Virus record (IMG/VR): IMGVR_UViG_3300034685_000230
Span: 25,472 to 89,471 of that record
Length of the DNA stretch: 64,000 nucleotides
Direction: 5' to 3' (one strand)
Source of the DNA: a virus
In this document: positions 38,452 to 48,090 of the stretch, in pieces
Numbering within the stretch: the first letter of the stretch is position 1
How the letters are laid out: the number at the start of each line of letters is the position of its first letter
The notes under the pieces: generated by a model
Seen by the model: the letters and a program-made list of their open reading frames with translations, nothing else
Told to the model about the DNA's origin: nothing
Database searches by the model: none
Position numbers and translations under genes: made by a program

Positions 38452-39396
38452 ATGTCTAAATCTAAGCCGCTTACAAGAGAGTACTTTTCCGAAAAAGACA
38501 TGACTAAGTATGTTAGAGAATACCAGTTAAGAAAAGACGGAGAGTCGTTTAAAAAGATTAAGCCTAGTATTCTAAAGCTTATCAACGGAATGATCAACAA
38601 GCAGTTTAGCTACAACTATCACATTCAAAACAACCGGGGTGACGTTGAGGCTGAGTGTTTTATTGAGATACTGAGAGCGCTAGACAGGTACGACCCGGAG
38701 AAGGGTCGCCTGTTTGCGTACCTAAACAGGGTTGCGAAGAATACTATGATGAAGTACTACAAGCATTCGAGAAGGGTAAGGGATCGGGAGAAAACCTACA
38801 CCGACGTAGTTGGAAACTTCGACGAGAGTAACACTAGCGGCGACGACGCTGCGATGTCTTCGGGTATGAAGTGGGCGAACTTGTACGTAGATGATACGTA
38901 TGATCTAAATAGTAAGCTAAGACTAAACCCCTCCTGCAGCAGTGCTACCCTTGGAGTAGACGACACGATTAACATAATCTACAACTACCTGAGTAGCGTA
39001 AGAGACGCTGTAGCGTACTTCGTTAACAATAAGAATGCCGTTGACGACTTAATTAAGGATATCAATCTTTCAACCGATGTAGACTTTAACTTTACCAACA
39101 GCTACAGCGGTGTTATACTCTCTGAAAAGATGTTTTATACTATGCTTATAAACAGACTCTACGAGTTTATAAACACCGTTGTCTTGTACATTGAGAGTAA
39201 GTATAGAGACTACATTCGTAAAGACGACAGCAGCGTTGCGTACGACGGTAGGTGGTCTCGCCGAGCCGTAGGTTACGTAAGAAAGATAGTTAAGACAAAG
39301 TTAAAGAACGACAGTCTAACTCGCTACTACAAGGCTGACGATCTAGTAAACTTTATCAAGTACTTGGTCAAAAAGAGGTACGGATACGGTGAGTAA
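38452..39396 (+). CDS. RNA polymerase sigma-factor-like protein (possible late sigma)
   Basis: Region-2-like DVEAECFIEILRALDRYDPEKGRLFAYLNRVAKN. Confidence 0.7.
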   Translation: MSKSKPLTREYFSEKDMTKYVREYQLRKDGESFKKIKPSILKLINGMINKQFSYNYHIQNNRGDVEAECFIEILRALDRYDPEKGRLFAYLNRVAKNTMMKYYKHSRRVRDREKTYTDVVGNFDESNTSGDDAAMSSGMKWANLYVDDTYDLNSKLRLNPSCSSATLGVDDTINIIYNYLSSVRDAVAYFVNNKNAVDDLIKDINLSTDVDFNFTNSYSGVILSEKMFYTMLINRLYEFINTVVLYIESKYRDYIRKDDSSVAYDGRWSRRAVGYVRKIVKTKLKNDSLTRYYKADDLVNFIKYLVKKRYGYGE

Positions 39397-40030
39397 GCTT
39401 ACGCTACTACCCGACAGGCTAAACAAGGACAAGGCGCGCTTGCTCCTGCTAGCGAGAGTCACGGAAGCGTACAACAGAATCCTGTACAAGTACACTAAGT
39501 CTAACAGAGGGAAGATTGCTGTCCCAAGAACTAACACGATTGAGATTCCTAGAAAGTACGCTACGATTAACGAATACGTTAACTCTAAGCCCGCGTGGCG
39601 GCAGATTCTAAACTTTTTAAGAGAAACCGACGGTGTAAACATTGAAGAGTACCTCAACGTGATGTTTCGAAACTGGAGAGACATAGCGATACACGCTAAC
39701 ATGCCTAACCAAGAGACCCCGCTTAGCAGCGTAATATTCTCCACAAAAGTAGCCCCGCTGTTTTACAAGTATAGGGAGAGGGAAAAGCTGGCCGAAGAGT
39801 TGAACAAGCACCTTCCTAACAAGAAGTCCGAGGACTTTTACAGGCTTACACCGTCGCTGCAGTCAAACGTTAGCAGTTTATTTAGACTCAAGAAGCTTAA
39901 CCCTGACATTTCGTACTATGAGATAGTAGACATTTTTAAGGGTGAGTTTGAGGATGTCTTTGTCAGTAAAGTCAAGGAGTTGGACGAGTCGGAGATTACG
40001 TTAGAAAAATTAATGAGTATGTTTAAGTAG
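39389..40030 (+). CDS. hypothetical protein
   Basis: 213-aa ORF between the sigma-like gene and the helicase. Confidence 0.65.
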   Translation: MSKLTLLPDRLNKDKARLLLLARVTEAYNRILYKYTKSNRGKIAVPRTNTIEIPRKYATINEYVNSKPAWRQILNFLRETDGVNIEEYLNVMFRNWRDIAIHANMPNQETPLSSVIFSTKVAPLFYKYREREKLAEELNKHLPNKKSEDFYRLTPSLQSNVSSLFRLKKLNPDISYYEIVDIFKGEFEDVFVSKVKELDESEITLEKLMSMFK

Positions 40031-40043
40031 GAAGGGTGAAGTC

Positions 40044-41411
40044 ATGGCTAACATAAGTGGCTGGAACCCAGATACTTTTTCATTCTCTCCTGAGTTTCAG
40101 AAGCAGATCATTGCGGCAATGATTCAGGAGCCGAAGATATTTGAGAGGTTAGGTATCTTAACCGATTATAGAAGTTTTGACTTACAAGAATACTCCGAGA
40201 TATTTAAGGGTATCCAAGACTTCTACGAAGAGTACCGCGGCATGCCGACGAAGGAAGCGCTGAAGGACTTACTGTCGACTAGGTACCACTCCGAAACACT
40301 CGACGAAACACTAAACGAGATATTCAACCACAAGAGAATCGCAACGTCGACTCTAGAGTACATTGAAGACAACATAAGGAACTTTATCAGCTGCCAAGCC
40401 CTTAAGAGGGCTGTGTGTGAGTCGATCGACGACTTGGGTGACCCTAAGAAGCACCCGAACGTTAAGGACAGGATAGAAAAGGCTCTGACGATAGGAGCTT
40501 CCCTAGACGACTTCGGTATCGACGCTTACAATGACGAGGAGATACTAAACCGGTGGCAGCGGAGGAAGGACAAGCGGGAGATTCCAAGGATTTCTACCGG
40601 TTGGGAGAAGTTTGACCAGATTTTCGGTGGGTTCGGCATCGGGGAGGTGTTTACCTTTACGGGACCCGCCCACAGCGGGAAGTCAATGTACCTCATCAAC
40701 GTCGGGGCTAACGTCTTGCTACAGAAGAAGAACGTGCTACACATCTCACTGGAGATGTCTCAAGAGATTACGGCCCAGCGGTATGACATGAGGCTACTAG
40801 GGTTGACTAAGGATGAGCTAAACTCTAAGAAAGCCGTAGAGAGGCTTAAGGAGATACTAAGTAACCACTTAGGAAGACTAATCATCAAGCGGTACCCGTC
40901 GGACACGGTAACTGCCGTCGACGTCGCGACGTTTATAAAGAGGCTCGAGATGGTCAAGGACTTTGTTCCGGACATAGTTATAATCGACTACGCTGACATC
41001 ATGCGGTCTACACACCACTACAGTGACAGGAGGTTTGAGTTAGACGCTATCTACAACCAAGTTAGAAATCTAGGCATTGAGTTTAAGGTACCCATAGTTA
41101 CGGCGACACAGCTAAACAGGGACTCTTTAGAAAGATTAGAAGCAGGAAAAATATTGACCGAGGCTAATATCGCCGAATCATATTCCATCGCGAGAGTTAT
41201 CGACTGTGGAATTACTATAAATTCCACCCCCGCTGACATCCGGCAACATGTTTCCACTATTTATGTGTTTAAAAATCGTGACGGTGAGAGTGGCGAAACT
41301 TTTCGCATGTACGTTGATTTTAGCAGAGCTCTTGTACGTGAATGGGGACCGTCTCCTGACATCACAAATCAAATGAAAAAAGGAAAACAAAAAAATCATC
41401 AAAAAATATAA
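40044..41411 (+). CDS. dnaB: replicative DnaB-like helicase (gp41-like)
   Basis: GPAHSGKS, SLEM, IIDYAD, TATQLNR, KNRDG. Confidence 0.92.
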   Translation: MANISGWNPDTFSFSPEFQKQIIAAMIQEPKIFERLGILTDYRSFDLQEYSEIFKGIQDFYEEYRGMPTKEALKDLLSTRYHSETLDETLNEIFNHKRIATSTLEYIEDNIRNFISCQALKRAVCESIDDLGDPKKHPNVKDRIEKALTIGASLDDFGIDAYNDEEILNRWQRRKDKREIPRISTGWEKFDQIFGGFGIGEVFTFTGPAHSGKSMYLINVGANVLLQKKNVLHISLEMSQEITAQRYDMRLLGLTKDELNSKKAVERLKEILSNHLGRLIIKRYPSDTVTAVDVATFIKRLEMVKDFVPDIVIIDYADIMRSTHHYSDRRFELDAIYNQVRNLGIEFKVPIVTATQLNRDSLERLEAGKILTEANIAESYSIARVIDCGITINSTPADIRQHVSTIYVFKNRDGESGETFRMYVDFSRALVREWGPSPDITNQMKKGKQKNHQKI

Positions 41412-41452
41412 CTTAATTATATATATACTATATAATACTATATATAATTAAG
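41412..41452. promoter_or_regulatory. 14-bp inverted repeat overlapping the RBS of the MerR-like gene
   Basis: cttaattatatata-N13-tatatataattaag; TATAAT in the loop; right arm runs into AGGAG. Confidence 0.6.
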
Positions 41453-41465
41453 GAGAATAATTATA

Positions 41466-41648
41466 ATGGAAATATTAAAACCAAAAGAAGTTTCAGTTAT
41501 GTTAAATGTAGCTGTAAGTACTTTACAGTATTGGGACAGGATTGGTAAGTTAAAAGCTTTTCGTACGGTTAATAACAGAAGATATTATACAAAAGAACAA
41601 ATTGACGAATTTAAAAGATTTTATTATGGTGTTGATCGCGATGAATAA
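41466..41648 (+). CDS. stand-alone MerR-type HTH (IS607 TnpA N-terminus-like)
   Basis: KPKEVSVMLNVAVSTLQYWDRIGKLKAFRTVNNRRYYT. Confidence 0.8.
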   Translation: MEILKPKEVSVMLNVAVSTLQYWDRIGKLKAFRTVNNRRYYTKEQIDEFKRFYYGVDRDE

Positions 41649-42834
41649 AGAATCATACCGCTGTGATTTTTGTGGTAAGTCTTTTGCTATAAAAGATAAT
41701 TTATATCGTCATTTGTCAAAAAATAAAGACTGCTATGATTTCTACTACCACGATAAAGTGGAAAATATAGATTATGTGACATGTAGAATATGTGGTAAAA
41801 GACTAAGTCGCATATTTGAACAGCACCTTAAAACGCACGGTATGACAACTGAAGAGTATAGGTTGCTTTTTCCTGACGCTGTGCTAACGGCGCAGGAAAC
41901 TAAAGATAAGCGAAAGCAAACTAATTTAGAAAGATACGGCGTTGAAAACCCTTTTGTGGTGAAAGAGATTAAAGAAAAAGTGAAACAAACATTTTTAGAA
42001 AGATACAATGTTGAACACCCAATGCAAATAAAAGAAGTAAGAGATAAATTTAAACAGACATGCTTAGAAAGGTACAGCGTTGAAAACCCAGCGCGATCTG
42101 AAGAAATAAAAAATAGAATTAAACAGACATGTTTAGAAAGATACGGCGTTGACTCTCATTTTAAATCACAAGAAGTGAGGGATAAAATTAAGCAAACATT
42201 TCTAGACAGGTACGGCGTTAAGAATCCACTGCAAATAAAAGAAGTACGAAATAAAATTAGACAAACAAATTTAGAAAAATACGGGGTAGAGTATCCACTA
42301 CTTTCAGAAGAAATTCAAGATAAAATAAAGCAAACCAATTTAGAAAGATACGGAGTAAAATATATATCACAAGTAAAAGAAATACAAAATAAAATTAGAA
42401 ACACAATGCTGCAAAAATATGGTGTATACTATAATTCCATGCCATGTTTTTCATTAAACTCACAGGAATTATTCACTTCTATAGAATTAATATTATCAGA
42501 CATGTATCCAGATTTAGAATGCTTCTATGCTACTAATAAAGAAATAGAGTTGGGTGGAAAATTAGTTACAAATGAATATCAAGTATTAGTTGAATCTGTT
42601 TCAGATAATAAAAAAGTTAGATTTTTAGACTTTTATATACCAGCACTAAAGAAGTGGATTGAATTCGATGAGAGTTATCATGATAATATTGATCAATTAA
42701 ATGATGATAAAATAAGAGAACAAGAAATAAAAGCAGTGATTCCTGGTATTGAATTGTTACGAATTAAAGAAGAAGATTATTTAAACAACAAGGGTCATAC
42801 GGTTGAAAAGTGTATTGACTTTATTTTAAGTTAA
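41641..42834 (+). CDS. free-standing homing endonuclease (Zn fingers, about 8 QTxLERYGV repeats, Vsr/EDxHD-like nuclease)
   Basis: AT-rich; about 25-aa repeats; FLDFYI...IEFDESYHD...DKIRE...LLRIKE. Confidence 0.8.
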   Translation: MNKESYRCDFCGKSFAIKDNLYRHLSKNKDCYDFYYHDKVENIDYVTCRICGKRLSRIFEQHLKTHGMTTEEYRLLFPDAVLTAQETKDKRKQTNLERYGVENPFVVKEIKEKVKQTFLERYNVEHPMQIKEVRDKFKQTCLERYSVENPARSEEIKNRIKQTCLERYGVDSHFKSQEVRDKIKQTFLDRYGVKNPLQIKEVRNKIRQTNLEKYGVEYPLLSEEIQDKIKQTNLERYGVKYISQVKEIQNKIRNTMLQKYGVYYNSMPCFSLNSQELFTSIELILSDMYPDLECFYATNKEIELGGKLVTNEYQVLVESVSDNKKVRFLDFYIPALKKWIEFDESYHDNIDQLNDDKIREQEIKAVIPGIELLRIKEEDYLNNKGHTVEKCIDFILS

Positions 42835-42835
42835 A

Positions 42836-42919
42836 ATGTATGTTGACTTTAGCCGTGCTTTAGTTGGAGAGTGGTCAGGTATTGGGTCAAACGATATTAA
42901 AAAGATTGTTAAGAAATAG
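42836..42919 (+). pseudogene. second, stranded copy of the helicase C-terminus
   Basis: Encodes MYVDFSRALVGEWSGIGSNDIKKIVKK*, versus MYVDFSRALVREWGP... at 41307. Confidence 0.9.
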
Positions 42920-42939
42920 TTTATAACTGAGAATTCTCA

Positions 42940-42969
42940 GTTTACAAGCATGCTTAATTGTGGTATAAT
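42940..42969 (+). promoter_or_regulatory. T4-early-like promoter
   Basis: GTTTAC-18-TATAAT with TG. Confidence 0.65.
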
Positions 42970-43011
42970 AGTAGTGTTAATAGGTAAGTATATTAAGAGG
43001 GAGGTTAACAC

Positions 43012-43371
43012 GTGGCTAAGAAGAGTGGTATTGACGAGATCTTAAAGGCTAGCGAGGCTAAGAAGAAAAAGGCAAGTGCCGGTAAAGTTAAGGTAGTGGT
43101 AGAAAAGTGGCGGTTAAAAGGGGAAAAGAGTGTTGACAAAACGTTTACCGAGGACCCGCTGTTCTTTGAAACTGACACTGTAGTGTTTAGACTAAAACAG
43201 GGTGGCGGATACAAGGACATCGTGAGGAAGTATCCCGATGTCATGAAGTTTAACAAGGCTAAGGTTGGGTCTAAAACCAAAGTAGCTACAGGCGAGTGGA
43301 CAAGGATAGTCGACGTGGTAACCAGCGAGAGAGACTTAGTCTTTGTTATCGAACCGTTAGAAACAAACTAG
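43012..43371 (+). CDS. hypothetical basic protein
   Basis: 119-aa ORF with GGAGG RBS. Confidence 0.65.
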   Translation: MAKKSGIDEILKASEAKKKKASAGKVKVVVEKWRLKGEKSVDKTFTEDPLFFETDTVVFRLKQGGGYKDIVRKYPDVMKFNKAKVGSKTKVATGEWTRIVDVVTSERDLVFVIEPLETN

Positions 43372-43411
43372 TTTTTTTATATACAAATTTAAGCAGAAAG
43401 GATCTGGTACG

Positions 43412-43801
43412 GTGAATATTAAGCCGGGGGATTTAATTTTTTTAGTTAAAGATGAAACCTCGATGCGCTGCGAGCACTTGGTGAGGGTTGAGGAGTATGA
43501 TTGTACGAGTAACATTGTTAAGTCTAGCAAGGTGTACACCGTGCACAAAATGCTACTGCAGGACGGGTCGATGAACTACGTTTTGGCTCCCGGGTTTTTT
43601 ATCATCTCAAACAAAGTTGAAGATAAAAGTTTAACATCGAACTCTAATGTTCACTGGATCAACTTGAACAACTTTGACGTTGTAGGTCCGGTAACGGACG
43701 ACGACATTGTAAAGGCTTTTAAAGAGCAGGAGAGTAGTATTGTAATTCCAGACACGCGCACCACGAAGGGGATTTTAGGAAAAGATGTACAAAGTTTTTA
43801 A
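43412..43801 (+). CDS. hypothetical protein
   Basis: 129-aa ORF in the operon. Confidence 0.6.
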   Translation: MNIKPGDLIFLVKDETSMRCEHLVRVEEYDCTSNIVKSSKVYTVHKMLLQDGSMNYVLAPGFFIISNKVEDKSLTSNSNVHWINLNNFDVVGPVTDDDIVKAFKEQESSIVIPDTRTTKGILGKDVQSF

Positions 43802-44339
43802 GGTCGAGCCGTTTGTAGTAAACACCGCTGGTTATAATATTCGAGACGTTAAGTTAGTTAACTATAATAATTTTACAGATAAGGAGTTAAAATGGTATAC
43901 TACCTTTTTGGAAATTGCCAGAATTATGGGAAACAACAGCCACTGTGTTTCACACAAGGTAGGCGCTGTTTTAGTAAAAAATAATAGAATAATTTCTACC
44001 GGTATCAACGGAACACCACCTGGCTGTGTAAACTGCGACGAGGTTTTCGACCCTAGTAACTTTGACAGGGAGGACCACCACAAGTGGTCTGAGTTAAACG
44101 AGCTCCACGCTGAGATCAACATGCTAGCCATCGCAGCGAGGGAAGGGATTTCTACGAAAGACAGCGTAGTGTACACTACTATATCACCCTGCGTACACTG
44201 TGCGAAGGCTTTGGTAGCCGCGGGAGTTCAAACCGTTGTGTTTAGCGAGTTGTACGATCTAGACATTGAGGGCTTACTACTAATACTGCTGAGTGGTGTT
44301 AGTGTATTTCTAATTAAGGAGGATGACGCGAGTGCCTAA
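43785..44339 (+). CDS. dCMP deaminase
   Basis: KVGAV, GINGTP, LHAEIN, SPCVHC. Confidence 0.9.
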   Translation: MYKVFKVEPFVVNTAGYNIRDVKLVNYNNFTDKELKWYTTFLEIARIMGNNSHCVSHKVGAVLVKNNRIISTGINGTPPGCVNCDEVFDPSNFDREDHHKWSELNELHAEINMLAIAAREGISTKDSVVYTTISPCVHCAKALVAAGVQTVVFSELYDLDIEGLLLILLSGVSVFLIKEDDASA

Positions 44340-45123
44340 GAAAGAACTGGACTTGAGTTTTCTAAACCAGGGTTCAGAGGAGATTGAGTTACCGTCAAGG
44401 GGTGTTCTGTACAACAGTAGGGAGATTAAGAACGGTAAGGTTCACGTAAGGCCGTGGCTAACGTCGGAGGAAAAGTTAATCGACAAGTTTAGCAAGGGAA
44501 ACTTCTACAACATACTAAAGCGCTTAGTTCAGAACGTTTTAGAGGAGAAGTTTCCCGTCGAGGAGTTTACAATCGGGGACTTTTTTTACCTCCTCTACTG
44601 GATCCGGGGGTTGAGCTACGGGTCAACGTACAAGACGGAGACTGACTGCCCGAACTGTGGGGCTCGGGTAAAGCCGTTGGTTGACCTTGCTAAGTATGAG
44701 GTTACTTACTTACCCGACTGCGTAGAACCAATGTCTCTAGTGTTACCCAAGAGCCAGGTTGAGGTTAAGTTTAGGCTGACTAGGCTGAAGGACTTGATAG
44801 AAGCGACTGAGAAGTCACACTCAGAAACGCTAAAGTACGGGTCCTCCATAAGCCCGGACATCTACAAGCTAGCGCGCTGCGTGGTTGAGATGACTCTACC
44901 CAACGAAGACAAAACGGTGCTGACGCAGGACGAGGACTTCGGAACGATGCTTAACATGGTCTGGCCGAAGCTTCCAGCTATCGACATTCTAGCCCTGAGG
45001 GAGGAGATGGCTAAGTACGACCACGGGTACGTAAAGAGTAGTGCCGTTAAGTGCCCCGTGTGCGAGGATTACTTCGAGCAGGCGGCGGTACTCTCATTTG
45101 ACTTTTTTCGCCCGAGCAGTTGA
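44323..45123 (+). CDS. baseplate hub/tail assembly chaperone (gp26-like)
   Basis: ELPSRG, RP..EEK, IRGLSYG, two CxxC motifs, ends DFFRP. Confidence 0.75.
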   Translation: MTRVPKKELDLSFLNQGSEEIELPSRGVLYNSREIKNGKVHVRPWLTSEEKLIDKFSKGNFYNILKRLVQNVLEEKFPVEEFTIGDFFYLLYWIRGLSYGSTYKTETDCPNCGARVKPLVDLAKYEVTYLPDCVEPMSLVLPKSQVEVKFRLTRLKDLIEATEKSHSETLKYGSSISPDIYKLARCVVEMTLPNEDKTVLTQDEDFGTMLNMVWPKLPAIDILALREEMAKYDHGYVKSSAVKCPVCEDYFEQAAVLSFDFFRPSS

Positions 45124-45349
45124 AGACCCGCAGTTGGTTGTTGACTTTCTATCCGTATACCGGGACCCAGAGCTTGACATTGAGAGGGAGTTAGTCCAGC
45201 TAGTTCACTACGGGGATCTAACCTACTACGACGTTAACATGATGACCTTCAAAGTAAGAAGGTTCTGGTTAGAGGAGATTCAGAGAATAATTCAAGAAAA
45301 GCTAAAGGCTAGCTCTGAGGCGAGCATGCGTGGAATGGGAATGTTTTGA
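45100..45349 (+). CDS. small tail-assembly protein (gp51-like), possibly expressed by frameshift
   Basis: ELVQLVHYGDLTYYDVNMM...RRFWL; start uncertain. Confidence 0.6.
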
Positions 45350-45477
45350 CCTTTTCCCATTCCACTTTTCACGTCTAGCAAACTAAAATTAATTCCAAGT
45401 TGTTAACTTGACTACTAGCAGTGGGTAACACTCCTAACAGTAGTGTTAGTTTAAACTCGAGCGTAGGGTGATTAGTT

Positions 45478-48090
45478 ATGCCTGAAAGTAACGAAGTACT
45501 CTTAGACTTAATATCCCAAAGCATTAGGATAGAGAGACCAAGCTTAACCGAGGAACGCTCTAGAGCTCTAGCCTCCGAAGTAAAGAGCGTCTTTGAGTCT
45601 CTAAACGGAGGCATCATGCAGCTAGAGGACGCTACTCAAAGCATAGTGTCTCTGTGCTTAAGCTTACTCAGTAAGACTAAAGACTTGACCGAGAGTAGCG
45701 GCGTGTTAGTATCCTCCTATGATTTAATCATAGAAAAGATAGACAGCATAGTGGCTAGAATTAACACCGCGGTGAGAGAAAGCGACGCTTTACTTAGGCA
45801 AAGCCTTAAGTTTCAAAGCATAGTTGAGCAAAACCTAAGCTACACTGTAGCGCTACCGACTAAATTAGTCAAGAGCATGGAGAGTGCGCTTGAGAAGACA
45901 AACACGCTTACAGTTAGCTCTGTTACTCAGAGCGTAGTAAAAGTTGTGGGTAGGATTGTAAACTCATTTAGATCTATTAAAGATTTTATAAATGACCCGT
46001 TTAGGGTTATAGGAGACGCATTTAGTAAAAAGATTGAGGAGCAGAGTATTTTAACTCTTAACAGAAGCGGTGCGTTTAGCGAAAGAGATAAAAAGCAGGG
46101 TGTCTTAATTCCTAGAGATAGTAAAGATAGTAGAGAGTTAAACTTTTTAAACGTTAGAAAAAACGACACTACCGATAAAAAGTCTATAGCTAGCGTTGTG
46201 AGTGGTCAAGCTAACAGTAATCTTCTTAACGAGAGAGCGTTGGCAGGTATTACAAACATTCCGCTCAGCGAGCAAGTAGTACTTAATAAAACTACCCCGG
46301 GTGTTGCCGTTAGGTGGCTGGCGAGACGGTTGGAGAGAAGCGGTTTAATGACTAGCGGTGTTGAAGAAGCTAAGGGTGGCATTGTGTCTAATATAAAGGA
46401 TAAGCTATTAGAAGGATTGGGATTAGCTAGCGGAATGCACTTAGGTAGAACATTACTTCCTAAACTGGTATCGATGTTATTTAACCCTTGGGTATTGGGA
46501 GCAGCGGCTGCAACTTTAGGTGGAGTTTTACTTTGGAAGTTTCGAAAGCCCATCGGTGACTTTCTAGGCGGTGTTAAAGACACCGCTGGTAAGTTATTTG
46601 AAAACATAAAGACTGACGTTAGCGCTAAGTTTGATAAGATAAAGGACTCTTTTGTCAGAGGCTGGGAGAGTAGTATAGAGAGCCTTAAGGTTGGGTGGGG
46701 GTGGGTTACCGATAAGTGGGAGAGTGTGCGGGGTGTGTGGTCGGACGCCGTAGACTCCGTTAGAAGCTTTTGGGACAGCGTTGCTGAGAAAGCGTCTAGC
46801 GTATACGATAGAACCATCTCGCCACTCCTGAAGAATATTGACGATTTGTTTGGCGGAGTGTTTTCCGGAGTAATAGGGGAGGTTAAAAAGTTAAAACCCT
46901 TCTTAGACAACTTTAGCAGCTGGCTGGGTAGCTTTAGAGACAGTGTGCTAGACTTTGTTACAACACCCGGTAAGAAGTTTATAGACTGGCTTAAGAGCGT
47001 TAAGGACGCCGCAGTTCCTCCGAAAGAAGTTGGGCGTAGCGGGGTGCTGGGTTACCCAGTAGGGAGAGACGCGAGGGAAAGAATAGACAGAAACAACGTT
47101 AAGCCTGAAGAAAAGAATATCAAGGTGGACGTCGATCTAAACTCTATGCTTAAGCGTCAAGAGTTTGACGTTACCAAGTCAAACTTGAGTCGAGTTGTGG
47201 ACGAGGGAGCGGTTTTAAAGACTACCTACGACGTGATAAAGAGGGTTGAAGCCGGTGATCGGTACGACGCCGTTAATCTAAACGACGCCGGCGCCGTTTC
47301 GCTGGGAGTGCTGCAGTGGCGCGCTGACCGAGCCCGGGATTACCTAAAGAGACTGGCTGAGGTAGACCCTAAGCTGTTTAGGGCTACGATGGGGGACAGA
47401 GTTTTTGCTGACTTGAAGCGTAAAGATTGGAGTGCTAGAGCGTTTTCTACGGAAGAGAGCCAGGGTTTTGCTAAATTATTAGAAGACCCAAGGATGAGGA
47501 CTGAAACAGACAAGCTAGCCGTGCAAGACATTTCGAAGTACTTTAGACAAGCTAGAGAATTGGGTATACAAAATTACAAAAGCTTATCCCTTGCCGCTAG
47601 TATGATTAACCAGTATGGTTTTACTGGTTTTAAGAATTTACTAGAGAGTAGACTACAGACAACTGACTTTGAGGAAATAGCTAAGACAATAAGGGAAGAC
47701 GCGAGGTTTCCGTACAGAACTAGAAGGTTAGAAGAGATAGAGCTGCTTGACAGCATGTACAGAGACTTTAAAATTCTAAAGGAAGACGTGTCACGCACTA
47801 TAAACATCCCTCAAACTCTAGAGTCCTACCAGCAGTCGGTTAACTCCCTAGTAACCAGTGAGATTAAGACAGGGTTGAAAGCCGTTTCAGACAGTTTTGC
47901 AAAGTCTATCAGCGAGCTTAAGGCCGAGGTGAAGGAAGCCAAGGGTAGGGGTGACGACCGGGGTATGGTAGACTCTCCCCCAGCACAGGTTGACCGAAGC
48001 TACGTAAACAACATACCAAGGTACATCATGGAGATGATATTCGGTCTCAACATCGGTGGGGAAGACAAGAAGCTTGGGGGTATATTCTGA
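45478..48090 (+). CDS. tape-measure-like protein with C-terminal lysozyme-like domain
   Basis: Helical W/F-periodic repeats, a hydrophobic segment, E..D.YDAVNLND.GAVSLGVLQW. Confidence 0.75.
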   Translation: MPESNEVLLDLISQSIRIERPSLTEERSRALASEVKSVFESLNGGIMQLEDATQSIVSLCLSLLSKTKDLTESSGVLVSSYDLIIEKIDSIVARINTAVRESDALLRQSLKFQSIVEQNLSYTVALPTKLVKSMESALEKTNTLTVSSVTQSVVKVVGRIVNSFRSIKDFINDPFRVIGDAFSKKIEEQSILTLNRSGAFSERDKKQGVLIPRDSKDSRELNFLNVRKNDTTDKKSIASVVSGQANSNLLNERALAGITNIPLSEQVVLNKTTPGVAVRWLARRLERSGLMTSGVEEAKGGIVSNIKDKLLEGLGLASGMHLGRTLLPKLVSMLFNPWVLGAAAATLGGVLLWKFRKPIGDFLGGVKDTAGKLFENIKTDVSAKFDKIKDSFVRGWESSIESLKVGWGWVTDKWESVRGVWSDAVDSVRSFWDSVAEKASSVYDRTISPLLKNIDDLFGGVFSGVIGEVKKLKPFLDNFSSWLGSFRDSVLDFVTTPGKKFIDWLKSVKDAAVPPKEVGRSGVLGYPVGRDARERIDRNNVKPEEKNIKVDVDLNSMLKRQEFDVTKSNLSRVVDEGAVLKTTYDVIKRVEAGDRYDAVNLNDAGAVSLGVLQWRADRARDYLKRLAEVDPKLFRATMGDRVFADLKRKDWSARAFSTEESQGFAKLLEDPRMRTETDKLAVQDISKYFRQARELGIQNYKSLSLAASMINQYGFTGFKNLLESRLQTTDFEEIAKTIREDARFPYRTRRLEEIELLDSMYRDFKILKEDVSRTINIPQTLESYQQSVNSLVTSEIKTGLKAVSDSFAKSISELKAEVKEAKGRGDDRGMVDSPPAQVDRSYVNNIPRYIMEMIFGLNIGGEDKKLGGIF

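Noticed and set aside
41466-42834. IS607 transposon
   Set aside because: No serine-resolvase catalytic domain, and the downstream ORF is not TnpB (no RuvC motifs).
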